A stretch of 33,025 nt of DNA, from contig REDG01000061.1 of assembly GCA_007693605.1 (NCBI GenBank), positions 1 through 33,025 of the forward strand, written 5' to 3'. The translations under genes and the position numbers were made by a program. Positions within the stretch are counted from its first letter, which is position 1, and each line of letters opens with the position of its first letter. Under the pieces are notes generated by a model. It was given only the letters and a program-made list of their open reading frames with translations, was not told the DNA's origin and searched no databases. Shown here in pieces: positions 18,920 through 28,643 of the stretch. The DNA comes from Bradymonadales bacterium (GTDB lineage Bacteria > Bdellovibrionota > UBA2394).

Positions 18920-19300
18920 ATGGGGGCGCTGAAAAGACTTGTAGAAGAAGCCGCGATACAAGGCATCAGCGGCGGCTTTACAAGAACCAAGAGGCTGATC
19001 AAGATTGAGTCTACCAGGCGCTATGTCGTCGCCGTTCAGTCCTTGCGCGTGGCATCCTTAAGCATCCTCTCTGCACAGCTTTTTCTCTTTCTTGCGGCTC
19101 TCTCTCTGCTGGCGCTCCTAGCTTCCGTCCTTTTTCTACTTCCACTAGGATATGAGACGCGACTTTGGGTGGCCTTAGGCGGCAGTCTGCTGATCTTTCT
19201 AGCATCCATGGTCGCCTTCTCTTTTGTGAATTCTGAGAAGAGATGGCTTGAGTTCTCGAAAGCCAATGAACTCATCGAGGGTATTTATAGACGGCCTTAA
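18920..19300 (+). CDS. Small two-TM membrane protein (YqjE-like by position)
   Basis: ATG 1 nt after the DUF883 stop; two TM helices; the arrangement mirrors yqjD-yqjE. Confidence 0.7.
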   Translation: MGALKRLVEEAAIQGISGGFTRTKRLIKIESTRRYVVAVQSLRVASLSILSAQLFLFLAALSLLALLASVLFLLPLGYETRLWVALGGSLLIFLASMVAFSFVNSEKRWLEFSKANELIEGIYRRP

Positions 19301-19416
19301 CCAGCCGATCTGCCTCAAAGAATTCGGAGTCCAATTGAGCTGGATCGGCTAAGCCGCGGCCTAAATATTCTCTTTTTCTTGATTTTAGCCCCCAAGGCTG
19401 TCTAGAAGTCAGTGGC

Positions 19417-21651
19417 ATGCGGGTTTTGAAAAAGCGGTCCATTTCGTCTCTAGGAGCCTCCCTTTGTGTCCTCTTTGGCGTTCTTGTTGGCGGCCTCTGG
19501 ACGGACTCACTTCAAGCCGATTGCCCCGCCGCGATCTCAAAGGCCCGGGCGGGATATCCTTATACTGAGAATCATGCAAAGGAGCTCTTGATTGGTGAAA
19601 TCGGAAACTTCCTGAGGCAGTGGCTGCCTCACATAAACTTCGATGCACTTCTTCGAATCTTGGACCCCGCCAGAGAGAATCATGAAATTCCCAAACCAGA
19701 AGAACTCATTGCGATCTTTGGGGGAGAGAAAAGCGCCGAGCTGTCGTTAGATGACCTGAAGGCCTTCTTCGTTAATATGTCAAAACTCTTCTATTCTCGA
19801 CAAGACCTCTCGTCTGAAGGCTTGAAATTGAAGCGAGATGAAATCGGCCCCAAGAGTGACGAGCTTTCCTTCCGGGATCTTCTCCAGTTTCTGGATGAGA
19901 AGGTTCCGAATAGTGATTTCATCTCCAATCAGCAACTGAACCGCTGGGAGCTTCTGGCTAGATTTGTTCATCATAAGGTTCTTTTTTGGATGGAATCTAC
20001 AAGGCTCAAGCCATCGAGCTTTGACATCGAAATGGCAGTCGACAGGGCGCTTCGGCTGCCCGAGGCAAGACCTCCTCGTGTTCGACAACGGATACGAGAT
20101 AAGTCGAGCTGGTTGGATCGCGTTCTGCTTTCAATCTTGCGAGATATATCTCCAAATGAAATGGATGACCGAGCTGGGTGGCGACATATTCCGCTAGGAT
20201 CCATTCTCTTTATTCGAAGGGATCTCATCAACCGGCAGATCTTTAGCCCCGCTTTGTCTCAAGGGGACAGCGTGCTCTTGGCCATTTTGGAAGACTTTGG
20301 AGCCTATCCAGAGATGCCGACGGTTGAGAGAATTCGAGATCTGAAAACAGATGCCGCGAGACAAAATCTCGCAGAAATGGCTCGACGGCAGCAAGTCCTC
20401 ATACAGTTTCTTGAAAATCGCAATCCACGAGTACCCGATGACCTGGCGGCCCTTGAAGAGCTCGATGAATGGAGAAGTCGCGACAGCTTCGTCTCGGAAG
20501 ATGAAAAAAAAGCGCATAAAGATTGGTTGAAAGAGAATGAGACCACCTTGAAGATTCTTGATCAGATCATTAAAGGTGCGCATGAAGCATGGTGGGAAGA
20601 CCTGCAAAGAAAGCGAACAAAACTAAGAAATCGGATCTTTCTCGACCTGGAAAGAGCCTATCGCGACCTTCAAGTCGCCAAGCAACAACTGACGGAATCC
20701 AAGGACTATAGGCCAAGTTTTGGATCGGAAGAGACAGGCCCTCGCAGAAATCTGATTCGAGTGCGAAAGAAAGAGCTGGCTACGGCCAAAGAGAGTTTTG
20801 CTGAGGCCTTTCTTCGGGCTCAATTCATTGCAGGTCTGATCGAGTTTCGCTTGTCCCCTGAATTCGTTGAACAGTTCTATGGTGACGCCCAGGTTCAACT
20901 CGCTAGCAAAAGACTTCTACTGGAGGCTGAAAGAGAACTCTCACGAAACAAATCCAAACCAGAGGAGCGGAAGAAATACTTCGACAATCTCATCGCCCAG
21001 CTCGCCAGAGAGGGAGACCGAAGCCTTGCTCAAGGCTCCCCACAAACTCCAATTAGCCGGCAAGTCGAACAACAGATTCTTCGAGCAGGGCCCCTTCAAA
21101 TGCTTGTTCGTCACCCTCGCTTTGCCACAGCCTCGGGCCTTTCGACCGTTGCGTTAGTCTTGGCGATTCAGTTTGGCCCCGCTCTTTGGCACGAAAACTT
21201 TGGATACCGTGAGCCAGGAGCTCTTATGAAGGTCTTTCAAGACCCGCGAAATCTTGATGACCCCAGCCGCTTTGACCGAGAGCTTGATAGCGCCATCCTC
21301 GTGTCACGACAAGTTGAGCTTGCCAGAGCCGATCGTCACTTTATTTTGGAAAGCCTACGGCACCCACGACGAGACCTCCTCTCAGAGCCCATAAGGCAAG
21401 AACTCGACAGAATTGCGAGAGAGGAAAAGATTTCCAGCTTTCTCGACCGACTGACTGGAAAGGGCCCACGATTTGAGCAGCCGACGGGACCAGAAGCAGA
21501 GTCGATGTGGAACCAGATTGGCATCATTATCGAAGCGAGACGAGTCATGGAAGTCGGTATCTTAGAAGAAATGCGCGACAACCGCAGGAGCCTTCGAAGT
21601 TTGCCAGACTCAGAGCCCTCCCCTTCTTCCGGTTCAGGTCGTCTGGAGTAG
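19417..21651 (+). CDS. Large hypothetical exported helical/coiled-coil protein (744 aa)
   Basis: Signal-like N-terminus ending LQA-DC, charged helical body, and a second hydrophobic segment (LSTVALVLAIQFGPALW). Confidence 0.8.
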   Translation: MRVLKKRSISSLGASLCVLFGVLVGGLWTDSLQADCPAAISKARAGYPYTENHAKELLIGEIGNFLRQWLPHINFDALLRILDPARENHEIPKPEELIAIFGGEKSAELSLDDLKAFFVNMSKLFYSRQDLSSEGLKLKRDEIGPKSDELSFRDLLQFLDEKVPNSDFISNQQLNRWELLARFVHHKVLFWMESTRLKPSSFDIEMAVDRALRLPEARPPRVRQRIRDKSSWLDRVLLSILRDISPNEMDDRAGWRHIPLGSILFIRRDLINRQIFSPALSQGDSVLLAILEDFGAYPEMPTVERIRDLKTDAARQNLAEMARRQQVLIQFLENRNPRVPDDLAALEELDEWRSRDSFVSEDEKKAHKDWLKENETTLKILDQIIKGAHEAWWEDLQRKRTKLRNRIFLDLERAYRDLQVAKQQLTESKDYRPSFGSEETGPRRNLIRVRKKELATAKESFAEAFLRAQFIAGLIEFRLSPEFVEQFYGDAQVQLASKRLLLEAERELSRNKSKPEERKKYFDNLIAQLAREGDRSLAQGSPQTPISRQVEQQILRAGPLQMLVRHPRFATASGLSTVALVLAIQFGPALWHENFGYREPGALMKVFQDPRNLDDPSRFDRELDSAILVSRQVELARADRHFILESLRHPRRDLLSEPIRQELDRIAREEKISSFLDRLTGKGPRFEQPTGPEAESMWNQIGIIIEARRVMEVGILEEMRDNRRSLRSLPDSEPSPSSGSGRLE

Positions 21652-24141
21652 AAGCTTCGGTTTCAGTGTTTTAAGATTTCTAGAGAGCCACCACGCGACC
21701 AAAAGAACACTGCCTAGAATGATGAGAGGGACCAAGGCGAGCAATCGAGCCGTCCCCTGAGCCTCAAGGTTAAAAAATTCATCAAGAAACCAGCTGCTCG
21801 ATAGAAGACCAAAGAGTAGGCCGATGATCGTCGGAAAGAACACCACTGATATCAGCTCAACCCCAAGACAGGCCCGCAACCATAGAGAGGTGGCGCCAAC
21901 ACAGCGAAGGCTTGCAAAATCCCTCCAACGAGAACTCATCTTCTCGTGTGTCAACACCGCCACCATCACGATGGCCAAAAAAAACAGAAAGCTTAAAATG
22001 AATCGAATCGCCATACTCAGCTCTCCCATGACTCTGACCAAATCCTCTTTAATCGAGCTCACATCCAAAAGCGAAATGGCGGGAAACTCTCGTCCAATGG
22101 CTCGGCGAAGCTCCAGTCGTTCTGCCGAAGGCTCGGTCAAAATCGTTCCCAAATAAGAAAACGGAAGCCCTTTAAAAAAATCTTTCTGGAATACGATTCG
22201 AAATCCCGGCTGAAAGTCTGTCCACTTTACAGTTCGCAAACTGGTCACTCTTCCCTCAAAGGGAATGCCGTATAACTCAAAACCCATTCGATCGCCAAGC
22301 TGCACTCCATAGCGCCGAAAGTATTCTCTCGTCAGAGAAAGTTCAGGAAGGCCCTGGCCGTCAAAAGGCGTCGTCCACAACTCCCCCTCGACAATTCGCT
22401 CCTGCGACCCCAGCTCCATGGCCTCGGTGACTAAAAAATCTGATCGAAAGAAAGACTCTGTCGGATTTAACTCCTCAACGGGTCGATCATTCACAGTCAC
22501 CCACCTGAGTCCAACCCAAGGAGCCCATTGCAGACTTGCTCCGGAAAAATCGCTCACCAACGCATCCAATTTGAGCTTTTCTTCTTCTCCTAGGTCAAAG
22601 ACCAAAAGCGACGCTTGCCTCACAGAGTCTTCGACCCGAAACTCCTCTCGAAAACTCAACTCCAATATGAGAGCCAGGCCCAATATAAAACTTAAGAGAA
22701 AAAATATGGTGGCCGACAAAAGACTTGTGGCCCTCTCCCTCAAAAGACTTCGAAGAGAATATCGCAAACTCAAGGGCCAAGAATTTCTAGGAATTTGTCC
22801 CAAAGTCCACAAGATTGCAAAGTTAACGAGAAGCCCCCCCAAGAAGACCACAGAGAGTCCCCCCAAAAACCGCGCAGAGATTCTAAAACTTCCCAAAAGA
22901 TACAAACTAATGCCTGAAAAAATACAAAAGATAAGAATCAAAACAGCGACCTTTGAGAACCCAAATGTGGGAAGGGAGCTTTGATGGCGAAGAAGAAGCA
23001 GGGGTCGAAATTGTTTCAAATCGAGAAAGGGCCACAAAGAAAAGAGAATGGGCAGAAAAAAACCTACCAAGAAGCAGAAAACACTGACCTCCATCGAGAG
23101 TTCGGCAGACAAACTGAGTCCAATCATCTCAGAAAGAAGGGGAGCACCGAGCCCGACGAACACCGCCCCAAGTAGACAGCCCAAAAATGAGGCCGCCAAG
23201 GCGAAAATAGAAATGGCTCCAAAGAAAATAATCGCGACCTGACGACGGCCGGCCCCCAGGCTTCTTAAAACAGCGACAAGATATCGGCGATCAAACGACC
23301 AGTTTCGAAAAGCTCCCAGAAGCGCGAAGCCAGAAATCAACAGAGCCGCCAAAGAAATCAGTTGTGCAAACAAAGAGACTTGATCGAAAATCCTTCGGAA
23401 GGCTCGGTTTGATTCTCGAAACGAAAGAACGCGAAAGGAATCGGCATCGAGTCGATTCTCAAAGCCTGCCACGACTTGATCGGTGTTGCTTTCGGACGGC
23501 AATCGAATGTGGGCGGAATAAAAAACTCGCCCAGGCCTCGTTAGGAGCCCCGTCTCTTCGAGATGCCTTTGATGAATCCAAATTTTAGGGGCGAAGCTTA
23601 AAAAACCAGAAAAGCCCGAGTGTTGGGTCTCAACAATTCCCCCAAGCCGAAGATCTAGGACCCCGAGGCTTAGATTTTCACCGAGGCCGATGTCTAAAAG
23701 CTCCGCCAAACTGCGCGGAAGAATGACGAAGGCTTGATCTTGGTCGAGATCTGAAAAGCGGCTGAAGCCCTCCATCTGATAAGTCTGATAAAAGGGATAA
23801 AGGGAGCCAACCGCCGACAAATTGACGAACTGACTCTCCTCTCGCTCAGGAATCTGAAGCATGGTGGTGAAGCTAATCTCTTCAACCCATTCGGAGCCCG
23901 GGGGAAGCTCCGCTTCAAGCTGAGAAAAGACGCTGTCTGGCAAGGGCTGCAAAGACTGAATGCTGAAATCACCCCCCAGCTGCGCCCGGCCCTCGACTAA
24001 AAGCTTCTGTTGAACTTGAGTTTCAAAACTTCGAAACACAAAAAGACTTGAAATGGCCAGAACTAAGGCGAAGGCCGGCAGCCAAAGCCTGCGGCGGCCC
24101 GCCCAAAGCTCACGCAGGCTGACGCGCAACAGTTGATTCAT
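21634..24141 (-). CDS. ABC transporter permease, duplicated FtsX/MacB type (YbbP-like)
   Basis: 835 aa with two FtsX-like repeats (AVLRSLGA; ASLRCVGA) and large periplasmic loops; YPFY and LRTVKWTDFQPGF motifs. Confidence 0.9.
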   Translation of the reverse strand: MNQLLRVSLRELWAGRRRLWLPAFALVLAISSLFVFRSFETQVQQKLLVEGRAQLGGDFSIQSLQPLPDSVFSQLEAELPPGSEWVEEISFTTMLQIPEREESQFVNLSAVGSLYPFYQTYQMEGFSRFSDLDQDQAFVILPRSLAELLDIGLGENLSLGVLDLRLGGIVETQHSGFSGFLSFAPKIWIHQRHLEETGLLTRPGRVFYSAHIRLPSESNTDQVVAGFENRLDADSFRVLSFRESNRAFRRIFDQVSLFAQLISLAALLISGFALLGAFRNWSFDRRYLVAVLRSLGAGRRQVAIIFFGAISIFALAASFLGCLLGAVFVGLGAPLLSEMIGLSLSAELSMEVSVFCFLVGFFLPILFSLWPFLDLKQFRPLLLLRHQSSLPTFGFSKVAVLILIFCIFSGISLYLLGSFRISARFLGGLSVVFLGGLLVNFAILWTLGQIPRNSWPLSLRYSLRSLLRERATSLLSATIFFLLSFILGLALILELSFREEFRVEDSVRQASLLVFDLGEEEKLKLDALVSDFSGASLQWAPWVGLRWVTVNDRPVEELNPTESFFRSDFLVTEAMELGSQERIVEGELWTTPFDGQGLPELSLTREYFRRYGVQLGDRMGFELYGIPFEGRVTSLRTVKWTDFQPGFRIVFQKDFFKGLPFSYLGTILTEPSAERLELRRAIGREFPAISLLDVSSIKEDLVRVMGELSMAIRFILSFLFFLAIVMVAVLTHEKMSSRWRDFASLRCVGATSLWLRACLGVELISVVFFPTIIGLLFGLLSSSWFLDEFFNLEAQGTARLLALVPLIILGSVLLVAWWLSRNLKTLKPKLLLQTT

Positions 24142-24793
24142 CTACCATACTTCCGTCTAGAATTTCCAATCGTCGATCAGCTCGTTGAGCCAAGGCCTCA
24201 TCATGAGTGACCAGAACCAAGGATCGATTTTGTCGCAAGTCGAGCAAAAGCTCCAACACCTTCTCCCCCTGCTCCGAGTCCAAGTTTCCTGTCGGCTCAT
24301 CGGCAAAAATAATCTTGGGCTGATTGATGAGAGCCCGACAAATCGCCACTCTTTGCTGCTCTCCTCCAGACAATTGACCGGGCCAAGAACCCACACGGTC
24401 CGACAAGTCGACTCGCCTCATCAACTCTAAAGCTTTCGCCTCTGCATCTTTTTGACCCGCAAGCTGAGCCGGAATCATCACATTTTCAAGAGCCGAAAGA
24501 GTGGGAATCAAATGAAAAGACTGAAAAACAAAGCCAATTTCTTTTGAGCGAAATGGGGCCAAAGCGTCTTCATCTAAATTGTCAATGCGATGACCCAAGA
24601 GATAAACTTCACCCGAACTGGGCTGATCTAAGCCCGCCAACAAACTTAAGAGCGTTGTCTTTCCACTCCCCGACTTCCCAACAATCGCTACAAACTCTCC
24701 AGATTCAATTCGCAACGAAAGCTCTCGAAGCACTTCTAACTCTCGGCCATCTTCTGTCCGATACCGCTTTGACAGATTTTTTGCTTCAATCAC
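24110..24793 (-). CDS. ABC transporter ATP-binding protein (YbbA/LolD-like)
   Basis: GKSGSGKT, GFVFQSF, LSGGEQQR, ADEPTGNLD, VTHD. Confidence 0.96.
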   Translation of the reverse strand: MIEAKNLSKRYRTEDGRELEVLRELSLRIESGEFVAIVGKSGSGKTTLLSLLAGLDQPSSGEVYLLGHRIDNLDEDALAPFRSKEIGFVFQSFHLIPTLSALENVMIPAQLAGQKDAEAKALELMRRVDLSDRVGSWPGQLSGGEQQRVAICRALINQPKIIFADEPTGNLDSEQGEKVLELLLDLRQNRSLVLVTHDEALAQRADRRLEILDGSMVDESTVARQPA

Positions 24794-25406
24794 GAGACCA
24801 CTCCTCTCCCCAATGTTCCTTCAAAAAATTCAAAACATCCTCGGCAATTCTCCTTTGACCTTTCACATTGGGATGAATGCCATCTCGCAGATTGAACTCC
24901 GGCTGGCCCACAACAGAAGAAATAAAGTTGGGCATGACAAAGACACCGGATATGTCGGAAAGCCTTCGAAAAATCCTCCGAAAGCCCTGGACAAAGTCTT
25001 CGCCCAAATTAGGGGCAGCCTCCACCCCCAACACGAAGACGGGAACGGCCTTCTCGTTGGCCAGTGAAATGATCGCTCGCAGGTTTGCTTCGGTGCTCTC
25101 GATCGGAAGGCCCCTGAGCATATCGTTTGCTCCAAGCGCCACGATCAAAGCATCCGGCCTAATCTGACTCAACATCCACGGTAGCCGACGAAGACCTCCG
25201 GCCGTTGTGTCGCCTGACACCCCACCATTCACTATCCGAACAGAGACTCCTGTCTCAGAGAGCATCGTTTGTAGCTGCTCTGGAAAGCCCTGCCCCGGCA
25301 GCAGACCGTAGCCGGCCGTGAGGCTGTCTCCCAAAAACATAAGCGTTTTCGGCTGTTCTGCGGTGGGATGCTGAGCCAAGAACAAACTCAAAAGCACCCA
25401 TAACAT
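24786..25406 (-). CDS. tesA: GDSL/SGNH arylesterase-thioesterase (TesA-like), exported
   Basis: GDSLTAGYG, GVSGDTT, LGAND, DGIHPN; short signal peptide. Confidence 0.92.
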   Translation of the reverse strand: MLWVLLSLFLAQHPTAEQPKTLMFLGDSLTAGYGLLPGQGFPEQLQTMLSETGVSVRIVNGGVSGDTTAGGLRRLPWMLSQIRPDALIVALGANDMLRGLPIESTEANLRAIISLANEKAVPVFVLGVEAAPNLGEDFVQGFRRIFRRLSDISGVFVMPNFISSVVGQPEFNLRDGIHPNVKGQRRIAEDVLNFLKEHWGEEWSRD

Positions 25407-25469
25407 TCAGCACTTAGCTTAAAGGCTTTTGAATGGAAGCTCAATCGAACTTGTCAAAAGGCCAATTTC

Positions 25470-26714
25470 TTGGCAGTTGGCCTAGACATGCTGAGCTCAG
25501 GGCATCCATCAACTCAGAGACTTTTGGCGAGCGGATTAAGGCTCCTGCTCTCCGTCTTCCTTCTTGGCCTGCTATCTCAGCAGACTCTAGCCCTGAGCTG
25601 CCGAGAAAGTATTGAGCGGATCCACAAGCAGTTTCAGGCTCAAAAGCAACTCTCTATTCAAGACTATCAAGGCTGGAGTACGGAATGGAAGAGTCTATAC
25701 GACAGGAAACGGAAGGAGGGCCCAGAGACTGGCGAAACAGAGATGGACTTTCTGAGGGAGCTGACGCAGAGAGATCCCGGTTTTCATTTTTACTGGAGCA
25801 GGATAAAGAGGGTCTATGAAGGGCTGGGTCTGCAACATCGCCATTACCTCATTGACGAATACTTTGATTACCGAATTCGATTTCTAGCGCAAATCGAGGC
25901 TTTCTCTAAAACCTTCCCTCGCTTTGTTCAGATTTTGGCCGAAAGGCCTTATGACTTGGATGATTCGCAATTGCAGGCTTTTTTCGAGTTTATGCTATGG
26001 CTGAAGGCTAGTCCGCCTGCTGACCAAGCGGCTTTTCCCATTGTGCTCGATTCGTCTGCCATTGGACTGAGTCGGGAAGATCGGAGACCACGGAATGAAA
26101 TCATTCGAGAAAGAAGAAGATTTTTGGCCGCTCAACTCCTGGGAACGGGAGCTTCCCCTGAATGGCCGGTCAGCATTTTGGCTGGTGCTGCGCTAGCCAT
26201 TGGCAATCAGAGCATACGCCAACAGAGAGCTCTCAATCCCATTTCTGCACATCCTCTTTATGAGCAATCGATTTCCAATGAGGATCTTCGTTTCATCAGG
26301 CGACTGGCAAGTTTCTTTCAAGAGCAAGGGGTTGGCAATCAAAGCCGGCCTGAGAAATCTTGGAGGCTTGCTGAATACTTGGCCACCAACTCTGGCATCT
26401 TTGTGACTCAAGACGGCGACTTTTTTAATGCTTTGCTTCGGGCCACAGGAGGAAACTACGACACACTTATGGGTTTAGGCGAGCTTGGCGCCGTCTCCAC
26501 AGAGCATGGTGTCGAGTTAAAACTGAGTGCTGGGGCTGAACTGGTTTATCTCTTGGATGGCAAAGAGCAAAGGCGAAGGATTTTGCAGGTCAGAGTAACA
26601 GACAGCTCCAATCCAGATCGCCGCTTTCAAGCTCACATCCTCCACCTTAATCTTAAGGGACAGCTCCACTCCCCCACTGAAACTCCCTCTTTAGACTTGG
26701 CAGTTGGCCCTTAA
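25470..26714 (+). CDS. Hypothetical secreted protein (about 400 aa)
   Basis: Long ORF with a hydrophobic N-terminus ending TLA-LSC. Exact start uncertain. Confidence 0.75.
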   Translation: MAVGLDMLSSGHPSTQRLLASGLRLLLSVFLLGLLSQQTLALSCRESIERIHKQFQAQKQLSIQDYQGWSTEWKSLYDRKRKEGPETGETEMDFLRELTQRDPGFHFYWSRIKRVYEGLGLQHRHYLIDEYFDYRIRFLAQIEAFSKTFPRFVQILAERPYDLDDSQLQAFFEFMLWLKASPPADQAAFPIVLDSSAIGLSREDRRPRNEIIRERRRFLAAQLLGTGASPEWPVSILAGAALAIGNQSIRQQRALNPISAHPLYEQSISNEDLRFIRRLASFFQEQGVGNQSRPEKSWRLAEYLATNSGIFVTQDGDFFNALLRATGGNYDTLMGLGELGAVSTEHGVELKLSAGAELVYLLDGKEQRRRILQVRVTDSSNPDRRFQAHILHLNLKGQLHSPTETPSLDLAVGP

Positions 26715-26732
26715 GGCTTTAGGCAGAGACTT

Positions 26733-28643
26733 GTGGCAAACGAGCAAACTCAAACGGCTAATCTTTTGCAGGTTCAGGCGGCCACAAAGGCTTTCGGGGG
26801 TCGACTCCTGTTTGACTCTGTGAACTTTTCGATCAATGAATCGGAACATGTGGGGGTGATTGGACCCAACGGAGCAGGCAAAACAAGCTTGTTTCGCATA
26901 CTCGCCTCTGAGCTTGAGCTCGACTCGGGCGAGATTGTCACAGCCAATCACCTGCGACTTGGCTACCTCAAACAACATGATCTCTGGGATTTGCAGGAAA
27001 AGGCGGGCAGTTTTCTGGAGAAGAACAGCCCCATGCCGCTTTGGGAGTTGAAAAGACTGGGAGTCGGGCTTGATTTAAAGGACCATCACTTCGAATCTCG
27101 CATTCAAGAACTCAGCGGGGGCTACCGAATGCGCTTCAAGCTGTTGCAGTTGTTGGGACAGTCTCCGAATCTGATGCTGCTGGACGAGCCCACCAACTAT
27201 CTCGATCTTGAAACTACTCTTGTCTTGGAAGAATTCCTGCAAACTTACCAGGGTTCATTTCTTCTGATCTCGCACGATCGAGAATTTCTTAGACGAACGA
27301 CAGATCATATTCTGGAGATTGAGAATCAAGATGTCGTCAAGTTTAACGGAAACATCGACGACTACTTTGAGCAAAAGAGAGTCCTGCGAGAACAGCTTGA
27401 GAAGCAAGCGCTTCACCAACAAGCCAAGCGAAAGCATATTCTAGACTTTGCGGCTCGCTTTGGCGCCAAAGCTTCAAAGGCAAGACAAGTGCAAAGCAAA
27501 CTAAAGTCTCTTCAGAAGATGGAAAGAGTAGAGCTGAAGTCTCTGCCGGTGGGAGCAAAGATTCAGATGCCGAACCCACCTCGATGCGGTCGACTGACGA
27601 TTGAGATCAAAAAGGCCTCTTTAGGCTACGCCAACACCGCGGTACTGCAACAAGTGGACTTGAAAGTGGAGGCAGGCGATCGCATTGGGATTGTTGGTTT
27701 TAATGGGGCCGGCAAGTCCACTCTTCTCAAGGCAATTGCCAAACAGATTCCACCTCTGGAGGGTGAGATTCGCTGGGGCCATCAGGTTGAAGTGGCTTAC
27801 TTTTCTCAAATGGTCGCCGAGGCCTTAGACCCCAACGAAACTGTCCGCGAAGCCTTAAGCTCGAAGGCTCACCCAAGCCTGAAAGACCAAGAGGTTTTGA
27901 ATTTGGCTGGCAGCTTGCTCTTTTCTGGAGGGGACATTGAAAAACCGATCTCTGTCTTGTCCGGTGGCGAGCGCGCCCGGGTGGCGCTTGGGCAGGTCTT
28001 GTTAGGGCGCGCAGCCGTTTTGCTGCTCGATGAACCCACCAACCACCTCGACTTTTACACCGTCGAGGCTCTCACCCAAGCTCTGGCTTCCTACTCGGGT
28101 ACCCTGTTGTGCGTCAGCCACGATCGAGGATTTATCGGTCGAGTGGCATCCAAAATATATGAGGTTCGAAATCGAAGAGTCGAGGTCTACCCCGGAAACT
28201 ACGACGACTACCTTTGGAGCCTTCAGCGAAGAGAAGTCTGGGAAGAAGCTGTCACCCGCGAAGATTCTGGTGTGAAAACGATCACAGCCGAAGCGCCTAG
28301 CCCCTCAAACTCCGTTTCAGCCCCTTCAGAAAGGGAGCGCAAGAAGTCTCGATCCTTAAGCTTCAGACAGAGAGAAAGCTTGAAAGAACTCGAGCGAGCA
28401 CGAAGGGATTTGAACAAGCTCACTAAAGAGATCGAGAGAAAGATAAAGTCTCTTGAGAGTCGACTCGCGGAATTGGCTGGAGAGTTTTCAGAGCGAAGCG
28501 GTCAGGCCGCTTCAAGTTTAAGTATTGAAATCTCTGCCAGCCAACGAAAATTGGAGGAACTGGAATCTGAATACTTAAAACACCTGAACGAACTTGAAGA
28601 TGTGTCAAGTCAGATCAAAGCCCTGAAAGCCAAAGCCTCATGA
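26733..28643 (+). CDS. ABC-F family ribosome-associated ATPase
   Basis: Two ABC domains (GPNGAGKT/GFNGAGKS, LSGG, LLDEPTN, SHDR), interdomain linker RFGAKASKARQ, C-terminal coiled coil, no TM segments. Confidence 0.96.
   Translation: MANEQTQTANLLQVQAATKAFGGRLLFDSVNFSINESEHVGVIGPNGAGKTSLFRILASELELDSGEIVTANHLRLGYLKQHDLWDLQEKAGSFLEKNSPMPLWELKRLGVGLDLKDHHFESRIQELSGGYRMRFKLLQLLGQSPNLMLLDEPTNYLDLETTLVLEEFLQTYQGSFLLISHDREFLRRTTDHILEIENQDVVKFNGNIDDYFEQKRVLREQLEKQALHQQAKRKHILDFAARFGAKASKARQVQSKLKSLQKMERVELKSLPVGAKIQMPNPPRCGRLTIEIKKASLGYANTAVLQQVDLKVEAGDRIGIVGFNGAGKSTLLKAIAKQIPPLEGEIRWGHQVEVAYFSQMVAEALDPNETVREALSSKAHPSLKDQEVLNLAGSLLFSGGDIEKPISVLSGGERARVALGQVLLGRAAVLLLDEPTNHLDFYTVEALTQALASYSGTLLCVSHDRGFIGRVASKIYEVRNRRVEVYPGNYDDYLWSLQRREVWEEAVTREDSGVKTITAEAPSPSNSVSAPSERERKKSRSLSFRQRESLKELERARRDLNKLTKEIERKIKSLESRLAELAGEFSERSGQAASSLSIEISASQRKLEELESEYLKHLNELEDVSSQIKALKAKAS

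Noticed and set aside
18920..19300. Holin or prophage signal
   Set aside because: Two-TM protein next to DUF883 is the ordinary yqjD-yqjE-like arrangement; no phage genes nearby.
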